This document shows positions 28,597-42,330 of a DNA stretch of 64,000 nt, piece by piece (the first letter of the stretch is position 1; each line of letters opens with the position of its first letter). This DNA is from Eledone cirrhosa (lineage: Eukaryota). Under the pieces are notes generated by a model. The model worked only from the letters and a program-made list of their open reading frames with translations, had not been told where the DNA came from and did not search any database. Location: contig OZ024741.1 of assembly GCA_964016885.1 (NCBI GenBank), positions 63,488,001-63,552,000 of the forward strand, written 5' to 3'. Both the position numbers and the translations under genes were made by a program.

Positions 28597-31226
28597 GAGG
28601 GTAACAAATTATTGTTATAGGTAGTCCACTTAGGTGTAGTCCAGCTATGGTACTCCGAGTAGTGGATGATATCAACGCTTGGCTAAGTTTGACTCAACAA
28701 GTCGTTTCCATAGTGATGCTGCGAGTACGCTGTAATTTCTATGTTGTAAACACTTGGAGTAATAATAAATCAGGAAAGAAGAGTGACACGGTTTGCTATA
28801 CAAAAAAGGATTTTAATCTCATTGCTGACAATTGTTTCTCTGAACTGGTGGGTCTAGAGATCGCTACCCGCTTATTTTCACCTTACTCGATCACCAATAC
28901 AAAGTTATAACCAGTCAATTCATCGGAGCTTGTGAGAATGAAAAGAATATACAGGCATGGCTACTATATATAGTAGTAATTGCATTCAATCAGAACAATA
29001 ACAGCAATACTAATAATGCTAGCAATAAATTATTTGAAATAATCACAATATCAATCTAGGTGGGAAGTATAGTATATCTACCATTTTAGCGTGCAAAACT
29101 AGCTGACATGAGGCAGATGTATAAAATTGACATGTAAAAGCTGTCATGGGCTGTATTATATCTAGTGTAAAGATAAGCCGGTGTCTTTAAACAATGTAGG
29201 TCAGGTGGCCGTAAGAGTCGGTTATTATCTGACAGATGAAGAATTTATCGCTGTAGTGAGATTTGTGTGGTCTATATTAGATCAAAGGGTTGTCTAGCTT
29301 TCACATCATCAATAACATACATGTATAAGACAACATTAACAGAGTAGCAATATAATGGGCAATTTAATACAGAGGTTAAGGAGGCAATATATATATATAT
29401 ACACACACATGCACACAAACATATATATATACATACATACACATATATACATACATATAAAGAGAAAACATGCTGACTATAATTATAACAGGAGGAAGGT
29501 AAAGTTCTGTTGTATTAGTATTTTAAAATGTTCTTGGATTTAGGATCAAGTGCTGACAGCAGCTGAGAAGAGATATGCTTATGGGTTGATGAGGTACTTA
29601 CATACATTAGTGTGGTATAGAACTAAGAAGGCTAGAATGTACTTAATGGTTATATTTCTGTGGTGGTTAGTGCAGTGTAGTGGGTATCCTAAGTTGAAAG
29701 CTAGGTTACGTCGGTTCGATTCACGGAGGTTTAAATCTTATGAATTTAGTGGCGATCCTGTGTCTGCAGAAGATAGATCTTTCTTAACTTGTTGTTAAGT
29801 AGCCTTTTTACATTTCTAAGGATATATAGTAATTCTAGATCACATAGCCTACAGTGGGACATACCGGTACTGTAGGTATTTGCGGCCGACAACCTCAACC
29901 AGTTGATACTGTAGTTAGTGTTGTTGTCCTTAAGTACCCAGATTTTTTGGCGAGGGTTGTAGAACCAATAAGTGCACGATTTTTCATCGAGTGTCTGTGC
30001 ACATACCATCTTTTTTTAAAAGTACCCGCGGTGGATCCAATGTAATGCCAAGTGGAGTTGTCTGAGTTGACCCTACACATCTACACTAGGCTCGAATCGA
30101 GGAATCTATTCGCCAATGGGCACCTATCCGGTAGGTGACAGTTACAGTTTGGGGTGTTATTTCGTGCAGCTTCTACACTGCTGTTTTGTACACTGCTATA
30201 TGTGGGTTGTGATTCATGTCCGTTGGGGTTTTGCTGCTGCGTGCTTGTATGCGCTGGCGGTTGTGATACTGGGATGTGTTTATGCTTATGATTTGGTGCT
30301 ATGTTGCGCATAGGTGGGGCGGATTCCCTAGAGATATTTCTGTGGTTGATGTTGCGTATGTGCGATTCTATATTTGCTGCCGTAGAGTATGAGAGTTTTA
30401 TAGTGTTTCTATTGAGTATTTTATGATATCTATGTGAAATAGGGAAGTGTTTATCTATTAGTTTAAAGAATGTAGAAGGCAGTCTGGTTTTTACAGAGGA
30501 GTTGAAGATTGGGTTGAACCATAGGTATTTTCTTTCTCTGATTCTTCTATTGTTTCTAGGGTTTACGTTATTAGTGTTTGGACCGCTTACTCTAGGTGCT
30601 ACGTGCCTAACCCTATGTCTAGTCCTGTTACCTCTATTTTTGTGTGAGCGGTTGGTGTAGTTGCTATTAGGTTTGTTTAAGTTGTCTTTATTCGCTATAT
30701 ACTGCAGTTTATCTTTATGTCCAGCCCTATGTAATGCTGCGTTATAATAGTTAGCATGTTCATTAAAAATTCCTAGGTTTGAGGATAAGCGGGATATTCT
30801 AAGGGATATACTACGTGCTATGGATCTGATTATGGATTTGGGGTGGTTTGAGTTATAACTAATGTAGGCCAGATTTTCATTATTTTTGTGGAAAGGTTCT
30901 ACAAAAAAAGGATTTTAATATCATTGCTGACAATTGTTTCTCTGAACTGGTGAGTCTAGAGATCGCTACCCGCTTATTTTCACCTTACTCGATCACCAAT
31001 ACAAAGTTATAATCAGTCAATTCATCGGAGCTTGTGAGAATGAAAAGAATACACAGGCATGGCTACTATATATAGTAGTAATTGCATTCAATCAGAACAA
31101 TAACAACAATACTAACAATGCTAGCAATAAATTATTTGAAATAATCACAACATCAATCTAGGTGGGAAGTATAGTATATCTACGATTTTAGCGTGTAAAA
31201 CTAGCTGACATGTATAAAATTGACAT
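28597..31226 (-). mobile_element. Penelope-like element in partial-tandem form, with direct pseudo-LTRs (~28800-29135 and ~30900-31226) and a degenerate ORF 3' part (~30900-29715)
   Basis: Two ~330-bp direct repeats. The minus strand translates to SNHP, WFNP, CNCHLPDRCPLANR, HYIGSTAGTFKKRWYVHRHS and CRLCDLELLYIL. Confidence 0.9.
28824..28929 (-). ncRNA. Variant hammerhead (CCGAUGA core, long stem II); copies at 30926-31031 and 56829-56938
   Basis: The minus strand reads GCT-CCGATGA-aattGACTGG...CCAGTTcaga-GAAA-C aatt G-TC-AGC. Confidence 0.7.
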
Positions 31227-31541
31227 CGAAAACGATTTTCCTTCTTTCTTACATCGGATTCACTAGCGGAAGGTCTATTTCTTACTCGCTCATATATTCA
31301 CCCAGCTTATACTGACAGAATAACCATGTTGCTTGTATTTCTTTCTATCTTCGGTTAGCTTTCCCCTGTGTTGTTTACTTGTCTCACTCGCTTTACGCGT
31401 TTCAATTGTCCTAATAACTTATTATATATATATATATCCAAAATTAAGATAAAATAAATTAAATGAATTTAATCTAAATCAAAATTGTGGGTGTCATGTC
31501 GTAAACATGCGCCATATATCCTGGAATAATAAACCAATAAA

Positions 31542-31581
<40 letters not shown>

Positions 31582-34029
31582 TTTATTGGTTCGCCACTGG
31601 ATAGAACTGGTCATTCCGGGGCGGCCGACCGAGGTAGAAGCTGCTAAGTGTTCGGTCACCCTCATGTCTCTGATTTCCTTTGTTATATTCTGAATACCTG
31701 ATGATGTCACCGGATTCATACTGAACCCGGTCATTCAAATGATCAAAGTATAATAAACCTTTCAAGAAATTTACACCAGTCCAGCCTTCTGTTATTATAT
31801 ATATATATATACACAATACACGGAATATCAATAAAATATAATAGTCAGAAGTAATAAAATAACTAGGGTCAAAATAGATAATAATAAAACGTGTATAGTT
31901 TTCAAGCAGCTCTTTCGTACTCCATGAGACTTATCAAGATATACATTTTATTAACTAAATTAGTATCTCGTAGGTGTCAAGAAAGACATAAGCACTGGAG
32001 TCAAATTGTAACGACGTTTGTTAACCCAAGTAATAATCAGTGTTTTACTACTTCTTACAATTATACTTTATTAATAAATTATTCTGTGCATTACCAAATA
32101 CGTACACACACACATAGAGAGAGACAGAAAGAGAGAGAGGGAAAGAGAGAGATATAGATATAGATAGAGAGAGGGGGGTTAAATCGATACCTGTGTATAT
32201 TGTCAAATGAAAATTTGAATCAGAAGCATCGTTATCTATAAGTGCATGGAAATACTAAACATTGTAATCGGTGAAATAAAAAAAAATGATGGTTATATGG
32301 AAGGCATTTTGTCATAGGTCTACACGACCATGAGCTGTACTAGAACTAATGTACGACTAAAAACTCTAGTATGTCTATTGCACTATCACGTTAATGTCTT
32401 GAAGCTAATGTTTAGAAATCTAAGTTTTCTGTCGACATTTTCTAATTATATGACCAGGTACACGGCAAAATTTCAATATATTTGAGAGTTTGCCTAATTT
32501 CAAAATTTGATTGACTGTGATACTATTTGTGAACCTCGACTATTAATTCATTTAGAAAATGAAAATGATAATATCCTGTAGAGATATTTCAAGCAGACTG
32601 ATATAACACGAATGATTCAGTAAAGAATTTGACAGGTTTCCAATAATTGCAGACCTAGTCAGAATTTACTGAGTCTGTCACACGCAGATTCTACTTATTC
32701 CGATCATTATTAGTTACGAATATGTTGATCCACCGTTCCCCTTACAGGCATCACTCTGAGTCACACGTAACTTGGTCATTTGATAAACACAACATCGCAT
32801 CAGGTGAGGACAACCGGAGATTATTTTATTTATATCTATAATTTTGAAGTCGGCAAATTAACAGAGTTATTAGAACGTCAGACAGATGTTTTGTGGTATT
32901 CATTATGGATATCTGCGTTCTGTGTTCAAATTCTGTCGAGATCAACTTTGCCTTTCATTATTTCGAAGTCGAGGTTGACTTTGCCTTTCATCCTTACGAG
33001 GTCGATAAAATAAAGTACCAGTAATGCACTGGGTAATTGCATTACTGGTAATTGTTCTCTTTTCCTAGCTTCCTTTAATAGATCTGTGAAGCAGTGTTTT
33101 GAATTCGAGTGATACTATTTCCAGCTGATAATTGACTTTACAATCTCCTTCGCAACAAACAGTATAACACCCACCACTCACTTTCTACAATACATCAAAG
33201 GAAGCGAATATATATATTTTTTATATTTAAGTGCATATTATATATTTATAATTTAGGCACGGGGTCAGCAAATCTTGTGGCAAATGTCAAATGTGATTAA
33301 ACCAACCTTAGTACATTACATGTACTTTATTTGCCAACCCCGTAACTATGAAAGAGAAAGTTAACCACTGCGTGATTTGAACCCAGAATGTAAAGAGCAG
33401 AAACATACACTGCAATGGCGTTTTATTCGACACACAACTAATTATGAAGATCTAACACCCTATGAATCGAATATAATTCAAATACATTTTATCCCATATG
33501 CATCCGATAATTTGTTCACGGAAAACTCGTTATTCAGAACGGACTATTTGAAATACCGTTCTATTCTAAAATTGTAATGAAGCAATGTAAGTTATCCACT
33601 TGAATTATTGTCTTTGTTTCATATACCTGGCCAAATATCAAATGTGTATTTTTGTTTTTATATTTCCTCGGTGACATAAGTGAAAAATAGAGATAGAGAA
33701 GCACATACGTACACATAAACAAAAACACAGAGATACATTTACAAACAATGGATCAAAGAGATCCATTCTGTTTGTGTGTCTGTTGGTATGAGAGAGAGAG
33801 AGAAATAGACAAAGATGAGGAAATAAAAAGTAGACGAGAAAGAATACATAGATAAAGATTATATGTTAGTCCACGAGAAAGATTTCAAGAGATGTTAAGA
33901 AACAGATAAAGTAAAAGTGTGAACGAAAGACACACAAGAATTAACTGATGTAAACATTACAAAAATCAATAACGCACCCAATCCCCGACACACTTACATG
34001 AATATATAAATATATATATATACATACAC

Positions 34030-34735
34030 ACATATATATATATATGTATGGTAAATTTCTCTAAGTCGTTTGGAAGCCTCGACAATGCAAATGGGTGTAA
34101 CAAGATCCGGTGGTGGAGAGAGAGATGTAAGTGGGTGTACGTTGAGATGCGTGGCGTGTATAAGACGTAGAGGAATGAAGGAAAGAGCATAAAGGATGAA
34201 ATAAAAATAACAACACGAGAGAGAGTTACTTTGGGAGAGATTTAATTGTCCCTATATTTTTCGGATTCACATCCATCAACTGGGGGTTTTTTCCGGGGTG
34301 GGGGAAAGGTTGTCTGTCGGAAAGGTACGAAACGCGTCCTCCGCTGTTCTGAGGTATTCAACAGAGCGCGTGTGCGCGTGAAATGGGGTCGGTCGGGCAG
34401 AGGTCAGCGGCCGAAGTAGTTCTTTCAATTGTGGGAGTGGGGTGGCGCTAGCTGTCAGTCCATTCTCTGCCTGTTTGTTGAATGTTACTGTGTGTGTGTG
34501 TACGTGTGTTGTTGTCTCGCTTGAGTGTGTGTGTGCGCGTGTGTTGTTGTCTTGTATATTTATATATATACATACTTACATGTTACACATGTTCCAAATG
34601 CTCTCTCTCTCTCCACTTCCAGAAGAAAGACTTACGTCCGAAGCTTCGAAACCCATTTACTTTCTCCAAGCGTGATACTAATACGACTGTGTTTTTGCAT
34701 CTCTGTGCTTCTGTTGTCATTTCTTTAACTATATA
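34030..34735. mobile_element. PLE-type terminal fragments related to the 5411-7883 element
   Basis: ~34235-34290 is similar to ~5553-5600, sharing the GUGA-loop hairpin and GAAA. The region is flanked by TA tracts. Confidence 0.5.
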
Positions 34736-35167
34736 TATATATATATATATAGTTTCACCACGTATACGCCATAATGTCTGTGAAACAGCGAAAACACTAC
34801 ACCCCCGCAACTCATACCAGCCATCGCTCCCCACCACCATCACCTCTTCATCATAATCCTTCCCCCCACATATCAGACTTGCCAAAACATTATAGCAAAA
34901 CCACCAATCAAAACGACCATTAACTGACCACTATAAATGAATTTGAATCGTTATATACGTTTTCTACGCCTAAGAGGTTCATTCTGTCATTACCACAGTA
35001 GAGGTCCGTCGATCTTTTGATTCCAGAGTCGGGCTAGATCGATACAGATCAAACCATGAGCTGATCAATGGCGAAACGGGCGTCACTACTCAATAAACGT
35101 AATGAAGACATAACAAATTTTCGTTTAATAATTTTATTTTCTTGCTTCCTTCATGTATTTATTATTA

Positions 35168-35378
35168 GGGCGGTGGATTGGCAGTATCGACAGAGAGTTG
35201 GACACCATGCTTTGCAGAATAGAGTCCTTTACGGTCTGAGTTCAAATCCCATCGAGGTTAACTTTGCTTTCATCCTTACGGAGTCGATAAAATAAAGTAC
35301 CAGTCACGCACTGGGTTCGATTTATTCGACTACCCTTCCCCAAAATTGCTGGCCTTGTGCCTATATAAGAAACAATTA
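35168..35378 (+). mobile_element. SINE family 1
   Basis: GGGCGGTGGATTGGCAGTATCG...GAGTTCAAATCC...AGAAACAATTATT. Confidence 0.9.
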
Positions 35379-35389
35379 TTATCATTATT

Positions 35390-35660
35390 ATTGTTCTTTG
35401 TGTCTCAGTCATTGATGTTATTTAACTGGAAAGTTTGTTGAAATGAATATCAAGCCGCTACCTGCAGCCTCAGATATTCAGGACGTATCGGAAGGTTCTT
35501 GCTATTCCCAGCAAGCATGCCTTTTGAAGTATTCCAACAAGCGGGGCTGGACTAATCTACTTTAACCATCCTTGGAAACTCTTTGAGTACCTAGTGCGCC
35601 TATGACAATCGTGACGACCTTGATTTCATGGCAGTTCCAAATCCTTTTTAACTCACTATT
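35390..35660 (-). pseudogene. R4/Dong-like (REL) LINE 3' end; second copy at ~56430-56700
   Basis: The minus strand reads ELKRIWNCHEIKVVTIVIGALG...ACLLGIARTFRYVLNI*. Both copies are bordered by (TAA/ATT)n. Confidence 0.75.
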
Positions 35661-35665
35661 ATTAT

Positions 35666-35852
35666 TGGTGAATTGGCAGTATCGGTAGAGGGTTGGACGC
35701 CATACTTTCTAGCATAGTTACGTCCCTTTACAATCTGAGTTCAAATCCCGCCGAGGTTAATTTTGCCTTTCATCCTTACGGGGTCGATAAAATAAAGTAC
35801 CAGTAGTGTATTGGGTAATTGCTGGCCTTGTGCCTGAAGTAGAAACAATTAT
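35666..35852 (+). mobile_element. SINE family 1
   Basis: GGTGAATTGGCAGTATCGG...B box...AGTAGAAACAATTATT. Confidence 0.9.
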
Positions 35853-36005
35853 TAGTAGTAGTAGTAGTAGTAGTATCATCATCATCATCAATATCATAAT
35901 CTGCTTAGTTCTACACCTCTATACCTACTGGAAACTACACATCGAGTGTTCACTCTGGTGAACCTACAATAACTGGACGTTACATTACCTATATATATAT
36001 ATATA

Positions 36006-36362
36006 AAGGAGGAGTTGTAGTAAAGAACTATATGGACCATAACGCACCAGAGTACTCAATACTTAGGGTAGTAGAGTGGGTAATAGGAGAAAGTATGACC
36101 CCGACGGCAGAGCTCTGCCGTCGGGGTCATACTTCCTCCTATATGTATATATATATATATATATTATATATATATATATAAACAAAGAACGTGTGGTAAG
36201 AAACCAGGTGGTTCATAACGCACCACAGTGCTCGATACTCAGAATAGTAGAGTGGGTAATAAGAAAAGAGTCAGGTCTTCGGCGGTGGAGCGCCGGCCGT
36301 TTCGGCAACTAGATCCGAACTCAGATCGGAGCTCAGTCGTCGGGGTCCTGACTCTTTCCTAT
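36006..36362. mobile_element. Two adjacent family A fold-back elements (36006-36141 and 36181-36362)
   Basis: Both share the GGACCATAACGCACCAGAGTACTCAATACT-like body and are TA-bounded. The first folds back at the palindrome AGAGCTCT. Confidence 0.85.
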
Positions 36363-36648
36363 GTATATATATATATATAAACGCAAAAAATGAAACGAAA
36401 TTTCATTTCCCACTCTTAGTACGGCTGTTACTTAAATATAAGTATGTAGACGTACATACATATATGTATACAGACGTACAGTAGTATGTATATATATATA
36501 CATACATGCACATATATATATATGCACGTATGGATTCACCGAACATTTATTATAATGCTCGGTGTGTTTGTAAAAAAACAAACATCCCGTATTAAGCCGT
36601 AGTGTCCAGCAACCATCGTTGCGCGTTTGTTCAACACTGACAAAGGAA

Positions 36649-36689
36649 CGCTGTACTAGTTTCAAGCTTATTAGCTATCGTCAGCAACG
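36649..36689 (-). ncRNA. Minimal type I hammerhead with palindromic stem/loop III
   Basis: The minus strand reads CGTTG-CTGACGA-tAGCtaataaGCTt-GAAA-CTAG-TA-CAGCG, including the ACUAGU palindrome. Confidence 0.8.
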
Positions 36690-37072
36690 TATACCTTCCT
36701 GCCAGATTGTTGAACGTATATACTTACCTTATGCATATTAACGTGTGTATGTGTGTGTGTGTATATATAAATTTCGTATTTCTAAGGAAACACGGTCATT
36801 TAGAAAGCCGTAGCTATGCAAAAAGCACGGGGGCTACCACCCTATTTATATATATATATATATTAGTAAAAGGAAAAGAAAATGCTGACAAATTTTTCCC
36901 AGTGAAAAATAGTTTAATTAGGAATAAGTATAAATTAGTAATAAGTATTGGTTAGTATTCAGTTTTAGTTTTAAGTTTTTACCGGTTGCGCTTTTCAAAA
37001 ATAATTTTGAGATAGAGCGCCCGTGAGTGTCCTTTTTCGCCTGATGCATCATAACATTCGAATAATAATAAA

Positions 37073-37454
37073 ATTCGAATAATTTGCAATTATACAAACA
37101 AGCCTCAGTTTTATAGCCATGTCAGTAGAATGAACCCTTCATTCTTACTCTTGTGTTGGCATGTGAACAGAACTGCAAACACTAATGTTCCTGGGTATCA
37201 CCCTTCATCAGTACAGTTCACTGTTCACCTGCCAAACTGTCAGTCACTGTGTATTTTGAAAATAGCATATATTTTCACTAGCTCTGACAGTTTGGCAGGT
37301 GAACAGTGAGCTCTACTGATGATGGGTGATACCCAGGAACATTAGTGTCTGCAGTTCTGTTCACATGCCTACACAAGAGTAAGAATGAAGGGTTCATTCT
37401 ACTGACATGGCTATAAAATTGAGGCTTGTTTGCATAATTGCAAACGAATCGAAT
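37073..37454. mobile_element. Fold-back element with two outward-facing hammerheads (37170-37219 minus; 37308-37357 plus)
   Basis: The arms are ~37073-37242 and 37284-37454. The motif is GAACTGTA-CTGATGA-(a/t)GGGTgatACCCa-GGAA-CAttagTG-T(C/T)-TGCAGTTC. Confidence 0.85.
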
Positions 37455-37633
37455 GTTATTATTAATATTCGAAAAACTCAGATTACATTTATTGTATTCA
37501 GCCATGTAGAGCGAAAATTTTCTTCTTTTTTTATATATATACATATATAATTGAAACGCAGCAGCCCCAGCAAAGAAAACATTCAACAAGAATGATTTTC
37601 TACCCCTCCCCTAAACAGTAAGAATAATCATTC

Positions 37634-37743
<110 letters not shown>

Positions 37744-37838
37744 GTTTACATATACATAAAGTCCTAGATATATATGTTTTGCAACCGGTCACGTAGTGGC
37801 TCAATGAAGAATTAATAAATTAAATAATCAGAGCAATA

Positions 37839-38110
37839 TATCATAAATCATGTCCTTAGAATCACTAGATATAATATATACCATTTCCTCTCCCAATTAG
37901 CATAATTAACCATATAGAAAATCAATTAGACCAAGCTATAAGAATAAAGGCTCCTATGAAGAAACCTTCGTTCGGAAATTTGTCGAAGATTTCTTCATAG
38001 GAGCCTTTATTCTTATAGCTTGGTCTAATTGATTTTCTATATGGTTAATTATGCTAATTGGGGGAGGAAATGGTATATATTGTATCTAGTGATTCTAAGG
38101 ACATGATTTA

Positions 38111-38116
<6 letters not shown>
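37839..38116. repeat. Near-perfect ~135-bp-arm hairpin
   Basis: 37839-37970 is the reverse complement of 37983-38116 and abuts (TA)n. Confidence 0.9.
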
Positions 38117-38166
<50 letters not shown>

Positions 38167-38168
<2 letters not shown>

Positions 38169-38344
38169 CGAAGGAAATGTGGTAAGGAACCAGGTGGACC
38201 ATAACGCACCAAAGTACTCAATACTTGAGGTAGTAGAGTGGGTAATATGAACCAGTAAGACCCCGACAGCTGAGCTCAAGCCGTTTCGACGAGAATTAGC
38301 CGTCGAAACGGCTTGAGCTCAGCTGTCGGGGTCTTACTGGTTCC

Positions 38345-38346
<2 letters not shown>
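38167..38346. mobile_element. Family A fold-back element
   Basis: Folds back at GACGAGAATTAGCCGTC and is TA-bounded on both sides. Confidence 0.85.
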
Positions 38347-38380
<34 letters not shown>

Positions 38381-38384
38381 ACAC

Positions 38385-38415
<31 letters not shown>

Positions 38416-38416
<1 letters not shown>

Positions 38417-39992
38417 GGTCAGGAAGCGGTCAGAGGGTCAAGGCAGGAGGAGGGTTGTGTGTCTGTGTGTGCGGGGAGGTGGTCAGAGAGGCATAGCAGC
38501 AGTAGGGTAGAATGGTAAGTGAAGAAAGTCGGTATGCAGAGGTGCGGTGGACAGGGGAGAAGATGGGTAGGTGTGAAAGTTGGAGTGGGGAGGGGGGGGT
38601 ATTAGTAGAGGTGTTAGTGGGATGTGTGAGTGTTTAAGAAAGGGTGTGGGTGGAGCGGGGAGAGAAGGGTGTGGGGCCGATGGAGGGAGTGTAGTGTACT
38701 GGTGTGTGTGTGTATTGAAGGGGGTGTTAGTATACTGGAGGTGGAGAAAGGGTTGAATGCGGGTGTGAGTGGGGGTCAGTGGTGGTAGGGTGTGTAGAGT
38801 GGGTGGTGTAAGAGGGTGTGTGTGTTCGTGTGCGTAGGGTTGGGGGTGTTAGTGATGTTAGTTGCCTGTAGAGTGGGTGGTGTAAGTGGGTGTGTGTGTT
38901 CGTGTGCTTGGGGTCAGGGGGTGTTAGTGATGTTAGTTGCGGGGTGGTGGGGTGGATGTGTGGGGGTGAGGGTTAGTGGTGGTAGTAGGGTTTGTGTTTA
39001 GTGTGAGCGCGTATATATATATATACCGGTGGGTGTGTGCGTGTGATAAGGAGAAGAAGAGAGGGATGTTAGTATGTTAGTTGGGGAAGGGTGGTCGGAT
39101 GTGGGGTGGAGGTGTTAGTATTGTTAGTTGTGGGGTGGGCGGTGAAAAGGAGGGGTGTGTTAGTGGTGTTAGTGGGGGATATGTTGGGGGGGGAGCGGTC
39201 GAAGGCTAAAGGAATAAGGGTGGGGAGTTCAGGCCGGGGGGAGTGTGGGTCTGTAGGGTGAAGATGGTTCCTTGTTCGACCCTTAGGAGATTGGCGGGTG
39301 TTCCGTGGCAATGGAGTAGGCCACAGACTGTGAGGTGGTGTGCGGAATGTCCAGGGGCACCAAAGTGGCGGGCGATCGGGGAACTACCACCGAGACGAAT
39401 ATCCCGGAGGTGCTCAGTAAATCTGTCCGCCAGGCGGAGACTAGGTTGGAGGAGGTGCAGCGGAAGGCATGCCGGACAGAGAGAGAGTGGCCGTTGGGAC
39501 CCTGGAAGGTGGTGGTGTTGGTGATGTGGGGACAAGTGTTGCAGCGGGGCCTAGAACAGGGAAAGGAATCGGGGGGGGCGTGGGTTGGGGGGTAGGGATC
39601 TGTGGACGAGGAGGGTGCGGAGATTGCGTGCGCTTTTGAAGGAGGGGAGTGGTGGGGCTGGGAAGATGTGGGAGGTGGAGGATTCGGACTGGAGGCCTCG
39701 GAAGAGGCGGAGGATGGTGCGGTGGAGGGGTACGGTGGAGGAGTAGTAGGTGATGGGGAAGGGGAGACGGTGGGTTGCGGTGGCGTGGGGTGAGGGTGGT
39801 GGAGCGTTGGACAGCACGGGCGCGGGTGAGAGCGGTGTGGACGAGAGAGGGGGGGGGTAACCTCTGCGGATGAAATGGCTGACTAGGGAAAGGGCCTGGG
39901 ACTCAAAGTCAGCATCTCGGCTACAGAGGCGGCGGATCCTGAGGAGTTGGGAGTAGGGAATAGTGTTTAGTGAGTGTGGGTGGGAAGAGGTG
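38416..39992 (-). mobile_element. PLE family D, 5'-truncated: RT thumb, Cys linker and internally deleted GIY-YIG (39206-39992), plus CA-rich 3' UTR
   Basis: Translation gives SSHPHSLNTIPYSQLLRIRRLCS, RGYPP, RNLRTLLV, PCSRPRCNTCPHI and RRLADRFTEHLRDIR...PIARHF...EQ..IFTLQT..P.GLN. Confidence 0.9.
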
Positions 39993-40422
39993 AACTTTCT
40001 CTCGACTGACCGCTTTCTCGCACTTCCACTCACTCACTCTCTGTTTCTCCCCTTCTCACTTCCTCCCGTTTGGCTAACAGTGGACCTCTCTTCTTGCTTA
40101 CATCTCACTCCGGTCGGACGTCTATACTTTTCGCTCATGAAATCCACCCAGTTTATGCTGACCAGGACTACCATGTTGCTTGTTTATTTCCTTTCTTTGG
40201 TTTGTTTTTATCCTTCTATGTTGTTCACCTTGTCCCCCTCGCTTTACCTGATTACTGGCCCCAATAACTTTTTTTAGATTATTGCTCGCACCAACCTGAG
40301 GTATCTGATTTTTAATGCGATGGAATACCAATGATGGTTGGAAAATCACTGACGAAGGATTATTTTTATCATATGTAACCCATGTACAAACCACGCAGTA
40401 TTCTTCTTTTTTCCTTCTTCTC

Positions 40423-40464
<42 letters not shown>

Positions 40465-40955
40465 TGTGTGTTTGTAGAATAAGAAATGCGATTGTCGAGA
40501 AATAGAGAATGAAATAAAACTACAACCGACACATAATCTTCGAAAGAAAGGACGGAAATGAATCGAAGAGAAAAGGAGAAAAAAAAGAATCTCGAAGGAA
40601 GGTAAGAAAACATATAATTGCAACTATCATTGTGATTTGAAGATCAACTCAACAAAATGACCTTATTTCGTTGCGTTGCTTATTTCGGATAAGTCATTGA
40701 ACATGATATGGATGTAAACAACCATTTGGCACCTCACCTAGTATGTATGACAAAATACAAGCGGAGACGGAAGAACCTTGAAACGGAATTATCTAAATAT
40801 AGATTGATTGTTGGTCGTGTGATTATATTCGGCATCAGAAATGATGGAATTACATCAGTAGATGCCTTACTGTAACTATTCTGCACTTTTACTATTTTCC
40901 ATTTAAATTACTCTGTAGACGTCTAAATTAGAAACTATTATTAAGAGGCTGGTAA

Positions 40956-41172
40956 GGGCGGTGGATTGGCAGTATCGGTAGATGGTCGGACGCCATGCTT
41001 TGCTGCACTGAGATACGGCTCTTTATGATCTGAGTTCAAATCCCGCCGAGGTTAACTTTGCCTTTCATCCTTACAGGGTCGATAAAATAAAGTACCAGTC
41101 ACGCACTGGGGTCAATTTAATTGACTTTCCCCTCCCCCAAAATTGATGGCCTTGTGCCTATATAAGAAACCA
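40956..41172 (+). mobile_element. Full-length SINE family 1 with TSD
   Basis: The TSD ATTATTAAGAGGCTGGTA lies at ~40937-40954 and ~41172-41189. A and B boxes are present. Confidence 0.92.
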
Positions 41173-42019
41173 TTATTAAGAGGCTGGTAGTTTAGTTGAA
41201 TTGGTGGAGCGTTGGATAAATGCCATTGCAATATATGTTATGGTCCTTTGCATTCTGCGTTCAAACCCCGCCGAGGTCAACGTGGACTTGTATCCTTCCG
41301 GCAATTCAATTTACTTTCTCTTTCTTCACATTTACGAGTCTTGTGTTTAAATTAGAAATTAATTTACTCTATGATCGACTTTATGATTTTGTTCAATGAG
41401 AAAATACCTGTCATTACTTTCACCTTTATTGTCACCTGCATCATCGCTGCATGTCTTAATGCTTAATTCTTGCCTATGAGTTTAAAACTTCACAGGGTAG
41501 AAATTGTATTCTACATCTCTGTAATTGAAATAATTTATCAATTATAATTTATTTCACTATCAGTTATAACTTCTTTAGAAAATATGTGGCCATACATTAC
41601 TAACAAAAATGATATAGAGCAATGGACAAGCAAAATTGTTAGGGTATCAAAGAACACCGTGGTATATCCTTTGGAATGTTACGTTCCATATTCAAATCCC
41701 ATATTCTGGTCGATATAATCGATTTTTCCTTCCCCCAGAAATCGCTACTCTTGTGTCAAAATTATAAAGCTGTATTAAATAATTGATCATATTTCGGGAT
41801 CGAAAACGCAGCGATCAGATGACTGATGGTATCCTGTGAACAAGCAGTAGTAAGCCATAACTTTCTGCTCCTTCCCTAACAGCGTCTTAAAAGTTTTATT
41901 TTACTAGCATAAAACAAGTAAAGAATGTGTAAACTTGTAAAATCTCGGCAAACATCGGAATTTTTGGAGGAAGTTCGGTTTTGCATGAAGAAAAAAGAGT
42001 TATGACAATTTTGTGGGAA

Positions 42020-42330
42020 TAGAAATGGAATTGATTGAAAATGATCAAATGAGGTTGCTATGGGATTTCTCCATAAAAATAAAGAGAACAGGACATAAGC
42101 CGCATATGTTCGTTGATAAGAAGTATTTATTTTAATTGACATAACATGACCATTCGATACCAGAGTCAAGAGAAAGAAAAAATGTAATATTATATTGACT
42201 TGAAGTATGAAATTCCCAAATGTTCGAATAAAGATGTTGACATGGTCATGATCCTGCCGATGATCATTAGGGGTTTGAAGATTGTGATGAATTTGGAAGT
42301 ATAGACACTTAAAATAAAATGATATACGTG
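42020..42330 (+). pseudogene. Highly degenerate R4/Dong-like LINE restriction-like endonuclease remnant
   Basis: The plus strand reads IENDQMRLLWDFSIK...HKP..VDKK..LIDIT.PFDTRV...YIDLKYEI, matching the LWDF..RPD..IIDI..P.D..KY.DL motif. Confidence 0.7.

Noticed and set aside
28594-28615. TA-CGAGGG resembling a mariner TIR start
   Set aside because: No matching inverted terminus was found, and it is better explained as the tail of the adjacent PLE.
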